Shown here one piece after another: positions 6,802 through 16,161 of a stretch of 20,000 nucleotides of DNA. The notes under the pieces were generated by a model. The model worked only from the letters and a program-made list of their open reading frames with translations, was not told the DNA's origin and did no database searches. Positions within the stretch are counted from its first letter, which is position 1, and every line of letters starts with the position of its first letter. The translations under genes were made by a program, and so were the position numbers. Source of the DNA: an uncultured virus (IMG/VR IMGVR_UViG_3300031566_000024) (Duplodnaviria; Heunggongvirae; Uroviricota; Caudoviricetes); the IMG/VR virus record IMGVR_UViG_3300031566_000024. One strand, 5' to 3'.

Positions 6802-9355
6802 AGGGTTTTTTGATTTTGAAAAAGCACAAGCGGAAATAAAGGAGCTTTCCTCCATACGCTCGGATACTCTAAAAAAAAGTGTCTGTGAAAAATGTAAACT
6901 TTGTAAAAATCAAATTCCAAAAATGGACGCAATCGGGAAAGGGAAAAAAAAGATTCTTATTGTAACTAATAATCCCGAATGTATTGATGGTCAGATAGAA
7001 AAAGAAAAGCTTAGAAACATTCTAAAAGCAGAAAATATTGATTTGAATAAAGATTGTTGGTACGCATACGCGGTAAAGTGTTACACCGATACTGTATCAA
7101 TTGCGCGGGTTAAGCACTGCAAACAATTTCTAATTGATCAAATAGAAGAACTTAAACCCCATAAGATACTTATACTCGGTAAGGCCAGTATGCAGGCATT
7201 GTATTGTGATGAAATCACTATTAGCGATATGGAAAGATATTACCAGGCTGAAATTCCTTGTCAAAAATACAAAGCTTTTGTATATCCGTTCTATTCAATT
7301 GAATATATGGATTACCAGAAAAATACGATACTATGGGGCCGCTTCAAAAAAACAATACACAGGTTAGCAGTAAGAAAAATTGAAGATTTTAAAGATTATG
7401 GTGATTTAAAAAAAGATTACAATCATTTACTGTCAACTGATCTAGTCAAAATCAAAAAGTTTTTGGCTAAAATCATTCCAAATCAAGACCCTCTGTTTTT
7501 TGATTACGAGACAACCGGATTAAAGCCGCACGCACCAGGGCATGAAATAATCTGTGTATCTATGCAGCAGGGTAAAAACGCGCTGGCATTTCCAATGTAT
7601 GATGAGTTAAAGCCAATAATAGCCGAAATTTTATTCGATAAAAAGATTAAAAAAGTGGCGCACAACATGGCTTTTGAAGATGATTGGAGTTATTTCATTT
7701 TGAATACCAATGTAAATGGGTGGTTTTGGGATACACAATTAACTGCACATGTTATAGACAACCGGCAATATTTTACCAGTCTCAAACATCAAGTGTTTTT
7801 GAATTGCGGTGTTTTGGGATATGAAAAAGAAGTATCCACACACATAAAGTCTACGAACGGTACTGCCAATGGGTTCAATCGCATGAAAGAGCTTGATATT
7901 GAAAAAGTATTACTTTATTGTTTCTTTGATACTATGTTTATGGCGGATTTATACCCCTATCAAAAAGCCATTATAAAAAAAGACAAACATCTTGCAAAAG
8001 GAAATAAATTTTTATTACGTTCCATGAGAGGTTTAAATTGTGTACAAAAAGCGGGAATTTGTGTGGACATGGTACAAATACTTAAAAATGAAGAATCGTT
8101 AAATAAGCGGTTGTTTTCGATCAATGAGAGTATACAAAAATGTAAGGAAGTCAAAAAGCTTAATTTGCCGCCTGGTCAAAAGTTCGACCATACTAGCAAT
8201 AATAAATTGAAAGACCTATTATACTGTGTGCTAGGCTATGAGACAGAAAATGCTACTACCGGTGGGGCGAAGTCAGTAGAAAAAGAAGCACTTGAAAAGA
8301 TCAATTCTGAATTGTGTAAGTTGGTGTTGGAGTACAGACGATTATTCAAAGCATTGTCTTACGTATTACAGCTCAAAAGGGAGGCAGTAGAGATTGAAGG
8401 ACTTTGGAAAATATTCCCGATGTACAGGCTGTCGGGTGTAGTAACATATCGCGGTAGTGCAAGTAATCCCAGTTGGCAGAATATACCGGTTCGAGATCCG
8501 GAAATTAAGAAACTCATTAGAGGTTGCGTAATTCCGAGTCCTAACAATCAAATAGCGGAAGCGGATTACTCAGCCATTGAGGTTGCCGCAAGTGCCTGCT
8601 ACAACGAAGATCCAAAATTGATAGAGTATGTAACTGATCCCACAAAAGATATGCATAGAGACGTTGCATCGTTGGTTTTTGGTTGCAAGCCGGAAGAGGT
8701 TTCAAAACCAATGAGGCAAATGGTTAAGGGCGGTTTTGTATTCAGTCAATTCTACGGTGATTGGTGGAAACAATGTGCGGAAAATATGTGGATTGAAATG
8801 ACATCGGAATTTAAGAAAATTTTAAAAGCCAATACGGGAATTTCAACACTCGGAAAATTAAAATATAATGATCGTGGGTACATTGATAAGGCGGCCGGAT
8901 TTTATAATCATATTCAAGAAATTGAATATGATTTTTGGTACAAAAGATTTAGGGTGTATAACCAATGGAAAAAGGATAATTGGACGGCTTACCAGAAAAA
9001 TGGATATGTAGAATTAAAAACCGGTTTTCGAATGACCACTATTCAAAAACGAACTAAAGTTAATAATGGATGTATACAAGGAAGTGCCTTTCATATATTA
9101 TTATGGAGCCTTTACGAAATTGTAAAGTATCTAAAAAAAGGAAATTATAAGACTTGTATAATTGGACAAATACATGACTCACTAATTTTTGATTTTGCGC
9201 CGGGTGAGCGGGAAGAGCTTTTACCTGCGATAAAATATATAATGGAAAAAAAAATTAAAAAACATTGGAAATGGATTATTATACCGCTGCGTGTAGAGTT
9301 TGAAATTACACCGGTAAATGGTTCATGGGATCAAAAAAAGGAGATAACAGAATGA
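6794..9355 (+). CDS. polA: Family A DNA polymerase with N-terminal family-4 UDG-like domain and 3'-5' exonuclease
   Basis: CEKCKLC..AVKC..HC..ELKPHKILILG (UDG-4 fold); Exo I FFDYETTG, Exo II AHNMAFED, Exo III YCFFD; motif A EADYSAIE, motif B RQMVKGGFVFSQFYG, motif C QIHDSL. Start placed at ATG 6794, overlapping the clamp gene end. Confidence 0.93.
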   Translation: MNEGFFDFEKAQAEIKELSSIRSDTLKKSVCEKCKLCKNQIPKMDAIGKGKKKILIVTNNPECIDGQIEKEKLRNILKAENIDLNKDCWYAYAVKCYTDTVSIARVKHCKQFLIDQIEELKPHKILILGKASMQALYCDEITISDMERYYQAEIPCQKYKAFVYPFYSIEYMDYQKNTILWGRFKKTIHRLAVRKIEDFKDYGDLKKDYNHLLSTDLVKIKKFLAKIIPNQDPLFFDYETTGLKPHAPGHEIICVSMQQGKNALAFPMYDELKPIIAEILFDKKIKKVAHNMAFEDDWSYFILNTNVNGWFWDTQLTAHVIDNRQYFTSLKHQVFLNCGVLGYEKEVSTHIKSTNGTANGFNRMKELDIEKVLLYCFFDTMFMADLYPYQKAIIKKDKHLAKGNKFLLRSMRGLNCVQKAGICVDMVQILKNEESLNKRLFSINESIQKCKEVKKLNLPPGQKFDHTSNNKLKDLLYCVLGYETENATTGGAKSVEKEALEKINSELCKLVLEYRRLFKALSYVLQLKREAVEIEGLWKIFPMYRLSGVVTYRGSASNPSWQNIPVRDPEIKKLIRGCVIPSPNNQIAEADYSAIEVAASACYNEDPKLIEYVTDPTKDMHRDVASLVFGCKPEEVSKPMRQMVKGGFVFSQFYGDWWKQCAENMWIEMTSEFKKILKANTGISTLGKLKYNDRGYIDKAAGFYNHIQEIEYDFWYKRFRVYNQWKKDNWTAYQKNGYVELKTGFRMTTIQKRTKVNNGCIQGSAFHILLWSLYEIVKYLKKGNYKTCIIGQIHDSLIFDFAPGEREELLPAIKYIMEKKIKKHWKWIIIPLRVEFEITPVNGSWDQKKEITE

Positions 9356-10275
9356 ATTTTGCAGTAGAAAACAGGCCGGATAATCTTGATGATTATTGGG
9401 GAAATGAAAAGACAAAAAAGATTATAACAAAAATGGCAGAAGCGGAAACGCGTCCAACTACATACTTATTTCACGGCCCGCACGGAAGCGGTAAGACTAC
9501 ACTTGCAAGAATTTTCTCTAAAATGGTTAATTGTCCGGAAGACAATATTTTTGAGATTAACGCGGGTCTTGATAAGGGTATTGGTGCTGTACGAGATATG
9601 ACAGACAGTGTCGCAGTTCCCACATTCGCGGGTGCAAAAAAAGTATACATTCTTGATGAGGCGCACAATTTTACCACACAAGCCGAAGAAGGTCTATTAA
9701 AGCTATTGGAGGAGCCCCCAAAAGATGTGTATTTTGTTCTTTGTTCGACCAATCCACAAAAAATTGTTAAGACTGTGATAAGTCGGTGTACAAAGTTTGA
9801 GATTGAAAGATTACAGGTAAAGGAGCTTACAAAGTGTTTGTTTTCTTTTGCTGAAAAAAACAATATACAGGTAACAAAAAAAATATGTAAGGCGATTGTG
9901 AAACGGGTTAATAGACATAATAGGGACGCAATCATATTACTGGAAAAGCTGTCACATCTGGAAAGCGAAGACGAACAGCAAGCGATGATTGACCAGGTAA
10001 TTATTGAACTCGATGAAAAGGAAGCGATTGATTTGTGTAGAATTTTGCTTACTGGTGGTTGGAAAGATGTTGCAGAAGTGCTCGCAGCCATACCGGATAC
10101 TGCAAATGTTGAAACAATAAGACTAACCATTTGTGGTTACATGCAAAAAGTGTTGCTGTATGGGGAAAAAAACACAAGAGCAGCTAATGTTTTGAATGCG
10201 TGTAAGAATGATTTTTTTAGGTCCGGTTTTTCTGGTCTCGTACATGCATGTTATCAGGCTGTTAATGCAAAATAG
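9352..10275 (+). CDS. dnaX: Clamp loader AAA+ ATPase, DnaX gamma/RFC-like
   Basis: RPDNLDDYWGN, Walker A GPHGSGKTT, Walker B YILDEAH, LLKLLEEPP, SRC motif; ATGA coupling with polA stop. Confidence 0.9.
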   Translation: MNFAVENRPDNLDDYWGNEKTKKIITKMAEAETRPTTYLFHGPHGSGKTTLARIFSKMVNCPEDNIFEINAGLDKGIGAVRDMTDSVAVPTFAGAKKVYILDEAHNFTTQAEEGLLKLLEEPPKDVYFVLCSTNPQKIVKTVISRCTKFEIERLQVKELTKCLFSFAEKNNIQVTKKICKAIVKRVNRHNRDAIILLEKLSHLESEDEQQAMIDQVIIELDEKEAIDLCRILLTGGWKDVAEVLAAIPDTANVETIRLTICGYMQKVLLYGEKNTRAANVLNACKNDFFRSGFSGLVHACYQAVNAK

Positions 10276-10278
10276 TTA

Positions 10279-10307
10279 TTGACATCAACAAAAATAACGG
10301 GTATAAT
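10279..10307 (+). promoter_or_regulatory. Consensus sigma70/sigmaA promoter for the SSB/recombination genes
   Basis: TTGACA (10279-10284), 17-nt spacer, TATAAT (10302-10307). Confidence 0.85.
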
Positions 10308-10324
10308 TAGTATGGGAGTTGAAA

Positions 10325-10819
10325 ATGAATGATAGAGAGATTGACATAATAGTTAATCCAGACCAGCTTGATGAGCTTTTTGAACGTCAAGCTTTGTTGA
10401 CACTACGTTATAGGGATCTTGCAGACGATTTTCTTGATGAGGTGCAGCGGTGTAAGTTGATTGTTGATAAGAAAAAAGAAGAATTAGGAATATTGGAAAA
10501 TAAAATGTTTGCGCAGTTCAAAACAACTATAAAGTTGGATGGAAAAACGCCGACCGATTCATATGTTAACGCGCTGGTCAAATCCGATCCTGCACGAAAA
10601 ACAATTATAGATAATCTGTATACGTTACGTGAAGAGTTGGACAAAGCGTATTCTGATCATAGAAAAGCCGAAACAATGGTATTTGCTTTACAGGTCCGGA
10701 AAAACAGCGCCGAGCGTATCAATTCACGAATCGAACAAGGGTTATACATTCGCGGATCTGCAAAAAAAACACAAAAAAAAATAACAAACAAAAAATTAAA
10801 TAAACATTTTGAAAAATAA
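10325..10819 (+). CDS. UvsY-like recombination mediator (coiled-coil)
   Basis: GGGAG SD; helical protein with KTPTDSYVNALVKSDP segment resembling UvsY-like proteins; directly upstream of SSB and RecA. Confidence 0.5.
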   Translation: MNDREIDIIVNPDQLDELFERQALLTLRYRDLADDFLDEVQRCKLIVDKKKEELGILENKMFAQFKTTIKLDGKTPTDSYVNALVKSDPARKTIIDNLYTLREELDKAYSDHRKAETMVFALQVRKNSAERINSRIEQGLYIRGSAKKTQKKITNKKLNKHFEK

Positions 10820-10832
10820 AGGAGATTGTGAA

Positions 10833-11681
10833 ATGAAAAAAAAAGATTTGAATAAAAAAAGAAAAGAGAACCGTATAAATGATCAAAATAGTAGATTCGG
10901 TGCGAACTTTTACGATTACGAGGTGTTGAGTGATAAAGGTTTTGACAGGTTCAATCCCAAGGATGCGAAGTACACGATAACATTAGTACCGTTCTTAATC
11001 GGCAAGAACCCCTTTAAGGGAGAAACTACCGGCAGCCCTGCTTATGCTGTGTATCCTTATGTACATTACGGGCAAGGTGTGAACGGTAAAGACTCCGTCG
11101 TGTGTCTAATGGACACCTACGGGGAGCCTTGTCCTATTTGTGATCACATCAATAAATCAGATTTGACAGAAGAAGAACGTAAACCATTAAAAGCAAAAAA
11201 AAGAATGTTCTGTCTAGTTTTAGAAAAAGGTGAAAAAAAAGTAAAGTTTTTTGCAGTGTCCGCGCCTTTGTTTGATATACCTCTTGATAGAGCTGTCACA
11301 GCTTTTACGCAGAAAGCTGAAGAAGCGCCTGCACCTTATTACATAGAAGGTGGATCGTATTTTACTTTTTTTGACCAAATATCACAGAAAAAAGGGTTGG
11401 ACCGGTTCCATTCGTTCATTATCCACTCCGAAGAGTCAAAGTTGTTTGGAAAGATTAATAAAAAAATTACTGAACAGGTTTTTTCATTAGATGAGTTGGT
11501 GTATAAACCCACACATGCAGAAGTGCAGAAAGCTATGTATTTTGATATGGATGAATTAGATGATTCAGAGACAGATGAAAACGAAGAGCCGTTAGAAGCA
11601 TATGTTGAACATTTGCCAAAAGAAAAGAAAAAGAAAAAGAAAAAGAAAGATAAAAAGAAGAAGGATAAGGATAAGGATTAA
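10833..11681 (+). CDS. T4 gp32-like single-stranded DNA-binding protein
   Basis: AAGGAG SD; zinc motif YVHY...VVCL...PCPICD; acidic stretch near the C-terminus followed by a Lys-rich tail. Confidence 0.75.
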   Translation: MKKKDLNKKRKENRINDQNSRFGANFYDYEVLSDKGFDRFNPKDAKYTITLVPFLIGKNPFKGETTGSPAYAVYPYVHYGQGVNGKDSVVCLMDTYGEPCPICDHINKSDLTEEERKPLKAKKRMFCLVLEKGEKKVKFFAVSAPLFDIPLDRAVTAFTQKAEEAPAPYYIEGGSYFTFFDQISQKKGLDRFHSFIIHSEESKLFGKINKKITEQVFSLDELVYKPTHAEVQKAMYFDMDELDDSETDENEEPLEAYVEHLPKEKKKKKKKKDKKKKDKDKD

Positions 11682-11683
11682 TC

Positions 11684-11953
11684 ATGAATACAGAAGACCA
11701 TGAATTTATTAATGGCCTTTGCAATCTTGCAGGGGCCATTGCATATTTGAAAAAAAACAAAAAGCCCATGAATTCCGGGACATTCAAAAACTGGTTTCAG
11801 CAAATTGGATGGTCAGACCAAATAGGATATATGCGAATATACAAAAAAAGTGATTTGGATAAAATAATTAAAGGTGTTGTAAAATATGGAGAATGGAAAG
11901 CCGAAGACCACAGGAAAAAAATTAAAAGTAACAAAGATAGAAAAAATAATTAA
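11684..11953 (+). CDS. Small MerR/Xis-like HTH DNA-binding protein
   Basis: LCNLAGAIAYL...MNSGTFKNW...MRIYKKSDLDKII pattern. Confidence 0.55.
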   Translation: MNTEDHEFINGLCNLAGAIAYLKKNKKPMNSGTFKNWFQQIGWSDQIGYMRIYKKSDLDKIIKGVVKYGEWKAEDHRKKIKSNKDRKNN

Positions 11954-12944
11954 AAAAGCAATGAGGCGAAAGCCATTAGTTGAATTTATCACAACCGGCT
12001 GTGATATGTATGATCTGGTGTTGGGCGGGGGTTACATTCAGGGTGGGCTCATAAACATCGTAGGTGATAAATCAACATGCAAGTCATTACTGGCTACTGA
12101 GTGTGTAGCGGCCAACAGGGATGTGCCGCACCAATATTTTGATGAGGAATCCGGCGCAAAATTTGACACACAAGCTGTATACGGTATGGACATATATGCC
12201 GAAGTGGTGCCAGAAACATTAGAAGAATTTGCATATTCGACCTTCCCTGTTTTTTATAGAGACAAACAACAGTCACTAACTGTTGTAGACAGTTATGATG
12301 CATTACAAAGCAAAGCTGCACGGATACGACAGCAGGAAGAGGAACAGCGGTACAAAAAAAATCAAGACCCTGATCCGGAAAATAAAGGTTCTTACAAACT
12401 TGAAAAGCCCAAATTACTGAAAGAATTTCTGGGCTCCCATATTGTGGCTATGCAAAAGAAAAAAGCGACGTTAATTTTTATATCCCAGTTGATAGCGAAC
12501 CTGGACAATCTTATGTACAAACCTAAGCACAAGAGAACGGGTGGTAAAGCACTCGATTTCTATTCAAGTCAAATAATCTGGCTAAGAGAGGTAGAAAAGC
12601 ACTTCAAAAAAGGGCGGGCAATAGGCGTTACTGTCGAGATCCGAACCGAAAAATGTAGAAGCGCGACACCTTTTCGAAGTTGTTATATACAAGTATTGTT
12701 TGGCTATGGTGTTGATAATGTCACAACTAATCTTTTATTTCTGTATGACATGTATACAGCGAAAGAGGGGAAATTAAAAAAAAGCGCAACTGTTGTATGG
12801 GATGGTGTGGAGATGACATTAGATCAGGCTGTCGAGCATATCGAAGTGAATAACCAGGAAGCGGAATTAAAAAAAAGAATCGTTGAAAAGTGGCATAAGA
12901 TAGAAAACGAGATTGGACCTGGCAAGCGGAAAAGGAAATATTAA
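11886..12944 (+). CDS. recA: RecA/UvsX-family recombinase (true start may be ATG 11961)
   Basis: ITTGCDMYDLVLGGG, P-loop GDKSTCKS, FDEE, VVDSYDAL, LIFISQ, TGGKALDFYSS. Confidence 0.92.
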   Translation: MENGKPKTTGKKLKVTKIEKIIKKAMRRKPLVEFITTGCDMYDLVLGGGYIQGGLINIVGDKSTCKSLLATECVAANRDVPHQYFDEESGAKFDTQAVYGMDIYAEVVPETLEEFAYSTFPVFYRDKQQSLTVVDSYDALQSKAARIRQQEEEQRYKKNQDPDPENKGSYKLEKPKLLKEFLGSHIVAMQKKKATLIFISQLIANLDNLMYKPKHKRTGGKALDFYSSQIIWLREVEKHFKKGRAIGVTVEIRTEKCRSATPFRSCYIQVLFGYGVDNVTTNLLFLYDMYTAKEGKLKKSATVVWDGVEMTLDQAVEHIEVNNQEAELKKRIVEKWHKIENEIGPGKRKRKY

Positions 12945-12945
12945 A

Positions 12946-13536
12946 ATGAAGAAGGGTGGGAGTAAAAATAAAGGTAATGCTTTTGAAAGAGAGGTAGCAA
13001 AAAAACTTAGTTTGTGGCTAACAGATAATGTATTATCTGATGCCGTATGGCGGTCGGACACATCCGGCGGACGTTCTACTTTGCGCATAAAGAAAGGTGA
13101 GAAAAAAACACAGAACATGATTGATAATGCCGGAGATTTGAAATCAGTTATACCGCAAGGACAATATGACAATCTTGATAGATTTTTTAATCAGTTTTGT
13201 GTCGAGCTTAAATTTTATAAAGAAATTAATATGCGTATACCATTAAAAGGGCATCTGGTCAAGTTTTTTGACCAGTGTTTACAGCAGCAAGCACAAACAC
13301 AGAAAGACATATTTTTAGTTGTAAAATCTAATCGTAAAAAAACACTTATTTTTACAAGTATATACATTAAATGTGGTAATCGTTTATCTTTGTATATATA
13401 TAAAGATAAGGGTTTTCACTGCTATCTTTTAGACGATTTTTTTGTAGACACAAAAGATTGTGATTGTAGTAGTAGGATACCTGGTACTTTTTGCTTTTTG
13501 GATGGATCTTTATATGTTAACAAAACTGATAATTGA
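12946..13536 (+). CDS. PD-(D/E)xK Holliday junction resolvase (Hjc-like)
   Basis: KGNAFEREVAKKLS, WRSDTSGG, AGDL, CVELK motifs; follows recA. Confidence 0.82.
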   Translation: MKKGGSKNKGNAFEREVAKKLSLWLTDNVLSDAVWRSDTSGGRSTLRIKKGEKKTQNMIDNAGDLKSVIPQGQYDNLDRFFNQFCVELKFYKEINMRIPLKGHLVKFFDQCLQQQAQTQKDIFLVVKSNRKKTLIFTSIYIKCGNRLSLYIYKDKGFHCYLLDDFFVDTKDCDCSSRIPGTFCFLDGSLYVNKTDN

Positions 13537-14398
13537 AAATATACAGAGTCATAAGCACACTGTAACAAATTTCAAGTCTGGAATCAATGCCATTATAGGC
13601 CCATCTGGAACGGGGAAAAGTGCGCTGGTGAGGTCGATAATAATAAACCTCACCAACCAGCCGGCGCAAATGCAATCACAGTTAATCAGACATGGCGAGA
13701 AAGGTTATTGTATAACCACAGAAGATGATAGAAACAACAGCATAACCCGTAAAAAAGCACCCGGTATAAATCAATATATTGTGAATGATAATGTATTGGA
13801 AGCGGTTAATAAATCCGTACCTGTTGACGTGCAGGATATATTTAATTTTACAGAAATTAATTATTCCAGTCAATTATCAGGTGCTTTTTTATTTCATTTT
13901 ACTTCGGGTGAGATTGGAAAATACATTAATAGCATTGTGGACCTTGACATAATGACCAACTGTCTATCAAACATAGAAAAGCGAAAAAATAAAGAAAGTA
14001 GAAATATAGAGCAGCTTGAAAAAGAGCTTACAGAAAAAGAGACAGAGTTAGAAAGGTATGCCGGGTTATCAGACATGGTGAAAGACATCAAAAAACTTAA
14101 AAAATTAGATAATAAAAAGAATACAATAATAAAGCTTATAAGCAATCTAAAAAAATTGTATGGTCAATATATTGAATGTAAGCAAAAACATACTGTTGGT
14201 ATACCGACAATGCCTGAAAAGTTATTGGCTGAGTACCAGGCGATTGACCAGAAGATTGTTCTGTTATCAGAGTATAGTGATTTGAAAGATCTGTATGATA
14301 ATGGAAATAAGCACTTACAGCAAATGGAGAAAGAGCTCAAAAGACTTACACCCGATAATATTTGCCCTTTATGCGGGAAAGAAGGAATTAACAGATGA
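13514..14398 (+). CDS. Rad50/SbcC/gp46-like ATPase, N-terminal half ending in zinc hook
   Basis: MLTKLIIENIQSH, Walker A GPSGTGKS, Q-loop SSQL, coiled coil, terminal CPLCG; no Walker B. Confidence 0.88.
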   Translation: MLTKLIIENIQSHKHTVTNFKSGINAIIGPSGTGKSALVRSIIINLTNQPAQMQSQLIRHGEKGYCITTEDDRNNSITRKKAPGINQYIVNDNVLEAVNKSVPVDVQDIFNFTEINYSSQLSGAFLFHFTSGEIGKYINSIVDLDIMTNCLSNIEKRKNKESRNIEQLEKELTEKETELERYAGLSDMVKDIKKLKKLDNKKNTIIKLISNLKKLYGQYIECKQKHTVGIPTMPEKLLAEYQAIDQKIVLLSEYSDLKDLYDNGNKHLQQMEKELKRLTPDNICPLCGKEGINR

Positions 14399-14529
14399 AA
14401 TTAGCAATAGTAGGATCAAGAGGTTTCTACAACGTTAACGATTATAACAAGGTGCAGGATGCTATACATAGATTTTTTATTGATACAGCTATCAAGTTAC
14501 AGAAACTGGTAATAATAATGCCAATATAA
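14395..14529 (+). pseudogene. 44-aa truncated SLOG (YspA/DUF2493-like) ORF
   Basis: ATGA-coupled ORF MKLAIVGSRGFYNVNDYNKVQDAI... matches the SLOG N-terminal GSR motif but stops before the GGAxGAD motif. Confidence 0.55.
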
Positions 14530-14541
14530 AGGAAGGCAAAA

Positions 14542-15330
14542 ATGAAATTATTATTTACAGCTGATTGGCACATTAGAACCACACAGCCCGTAAATCGAAT
14601 TGACGATTTTTTACTGCTACAAAAAGAAACTGTAAAATTCATATACGATACTGCATTTGATAATCATGTTGATTATGTAGTTATTGCTGGTGATCTTTTC
14701 CATTGCGCAAGGGACCGATATCCACAGGAAATGTTAATCTTTCTTAATGATAGCATGTTACAGTTTTCTACTGTGTACATACCGGGTAATCACGATCTGT
14801 TATACCATGCAGACACTAAGGAATATATGTCAAATATAGGATTGCTTAATCGTATGTCTGACAGATCAGACATACCGAACAATATTGATGTCTATCATCA
14901 ATATTGTTCAATTGTGGTACCACCATATATCGAAAAAGGCACCACTGCAAAAGATCTATGCGAACAGTCAATCAAAGACGTTATATTAGTTGGTGATAAT
15001 CACCAATCATTTGTGTATCGGCACCCGGAAACTATGCAATTATTAGTTAATCCTGGTTGTATCACGCGCCAAAAGCTATCAGAGAAAGATTACAAACCCT
15101 CAATATATATTTATGATTTTGATAATAAAAGCGCACAGCGTGTGTATCTCTTAGATAAGAGAGATAACGTGTTTGCAGAAAATAGAGCAAAAAACTTGAA
15201 ATCAATAGAATCATATCGACGCATTGACGGTGTTGAAGGTCTTGATTTTGAAGAAAAAATATTAAATTATAATAAAAAAATGATGGTAAAAGAACCTGTC
15301 AAGGCAATAATCATGGAGTGTTTGTCATGA
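14542..15330 (+). CDS. sbcD: Mre11/SbcD/gp47-like metallophosphoesterase nuclease
   Basis: TADWH, AGDLF, PGNHD, GDNH and NPGC motifs. Confidence 0.9.
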   Translation: MKLLFTADWHIRTTQPVNRIDDFLLLQKETVKFIYDTAFDNHVDYVVIAGDLFHCARDRYPQEMLIFLNDSMLQFSTVYIPGNHDLLYHADTKEYMSNIGLLNRMSDRSDIPNNIDVYHQYCSIVVPPYIEKGTTAKDLCEQSIKDVILVGDNHQSFVYRHPETMQLLVNPGCITRQKLSEKDYKPSIYIYDFDNKSAQRVYLLDKRDNVFAENRAKNLKSIESYRRIDGVEGLDFEEKILNYNKKMMVKEPVKAIIMECLS

Positions 15331-15563
15331 ATGACATTGTTGTAGCGTATACAGCACTTACAAAAAGAATAGAAAGAAATAATACAAAGCAGGCCGAATT
15401 AGCAGGGCAGCTAAAAGCACTACAAAAAGAGTTAACCGGTGCAGGGCTTACGGCATTTGAATCGGTCCCAGAAGAGTTGAAAATATTGGAAGCGAAGAAA
15501 CAAAAAATCGCAAAAAAATTAAATAAGATACTTGACAAAATAGGTAGAGTATTGAATGATTGA
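15327..15563 (+). CDS. Small coiled-coil protein, possible third piece of the split Rad50
   Basis: 78 aa of heptad-rich sequence, overlapping the stop of sbcD and the start of the C-terminal ATPase half. Confidence 0.65.
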   Translation: MNDIVVAYTALTKRIERNNTKQAELAGQLKALQKELTGAGLTAFESVPEELKILEAKKQKIAKKLNKILDKIGRVLND

Positions 15564-16161
15564 CTGTATTATAGAGAAAGTGAATGAGAGAAAAGGTGCG
15601 TACAAACTCTTACAGCAGCAAAAGAATAAAATAAAAGAAAGCCTTACAATTGAACGACAACAAAACAATTACACCTGCGAGGCCTTGGAAATAATTCAAA
15701 AATTAGCATTGGAAACACAAGAGCAGTTAACTTTTCATATAACGGACATGGTTAATTTTGCCGTTAGTCAGATTCCGTTTCAGGCGGCATACACATTCGA
15801 AGCAAAATTTCTTATTAAGAATAATAAGCCAGCCTGTGAATTTTTTTATGTTCGGGACGGGCAAAAGATGCAGCCCAAATTTGATAGCGGTGGTCTACTT
15901 GACGTGGTGTCATTGGCTTTACGGTTATCGCTGTGGAGTTTAAAAAAGGGTAAGAAGTCCAATATATTTATACTGGACGAGCCTTTCAAACATCTATCAG
16001 ATGATTTACTTCCATACGCTTGTGATATGCTAAGAGTGTTAACGGACAAATTACAATTACAAGTGATCTTGATTACACAAAAAAGAGATTTTGAAAATAT
16101 AGCGGACAACATACTACACACAATATTAGAAGATACAGAAACCACAATTAAGGCTTTATGA
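15556..16161 (+). CDS. Rad50/SbcC/gp46-like ATPase, C-terminal half
   Basis: N-terminal coiled coil, ABC signature DSGG, SLALR, Walker B IFILDEPF, switch region VILITQ; no Walker A. Confidence 0.88.
   Translation: MIDCIIEKVNERKGAYKLLQQQKNKIKESLTIERQQNNYTCEALEIIQKLALETQEQLTFHITDMVNFAVSQIPFQAAYTFEAKFLIKNNKPACEFFYVRDGQKMQPKFDSGGLLDVVSLALRLSLWSLKKGKKSNIFILDEPFKHLSDDLLPYACDMLRVLTDKLQLQVILITQKRDFENIADNILHTILEDTETTIKAL

Noticed and set aside
9471..10130. 219-aa minus-strand ORF and other antisense ORFs across the operon
   Set aside because: Shadow frames of well-supported plus-strand genes with no motifs of their own.
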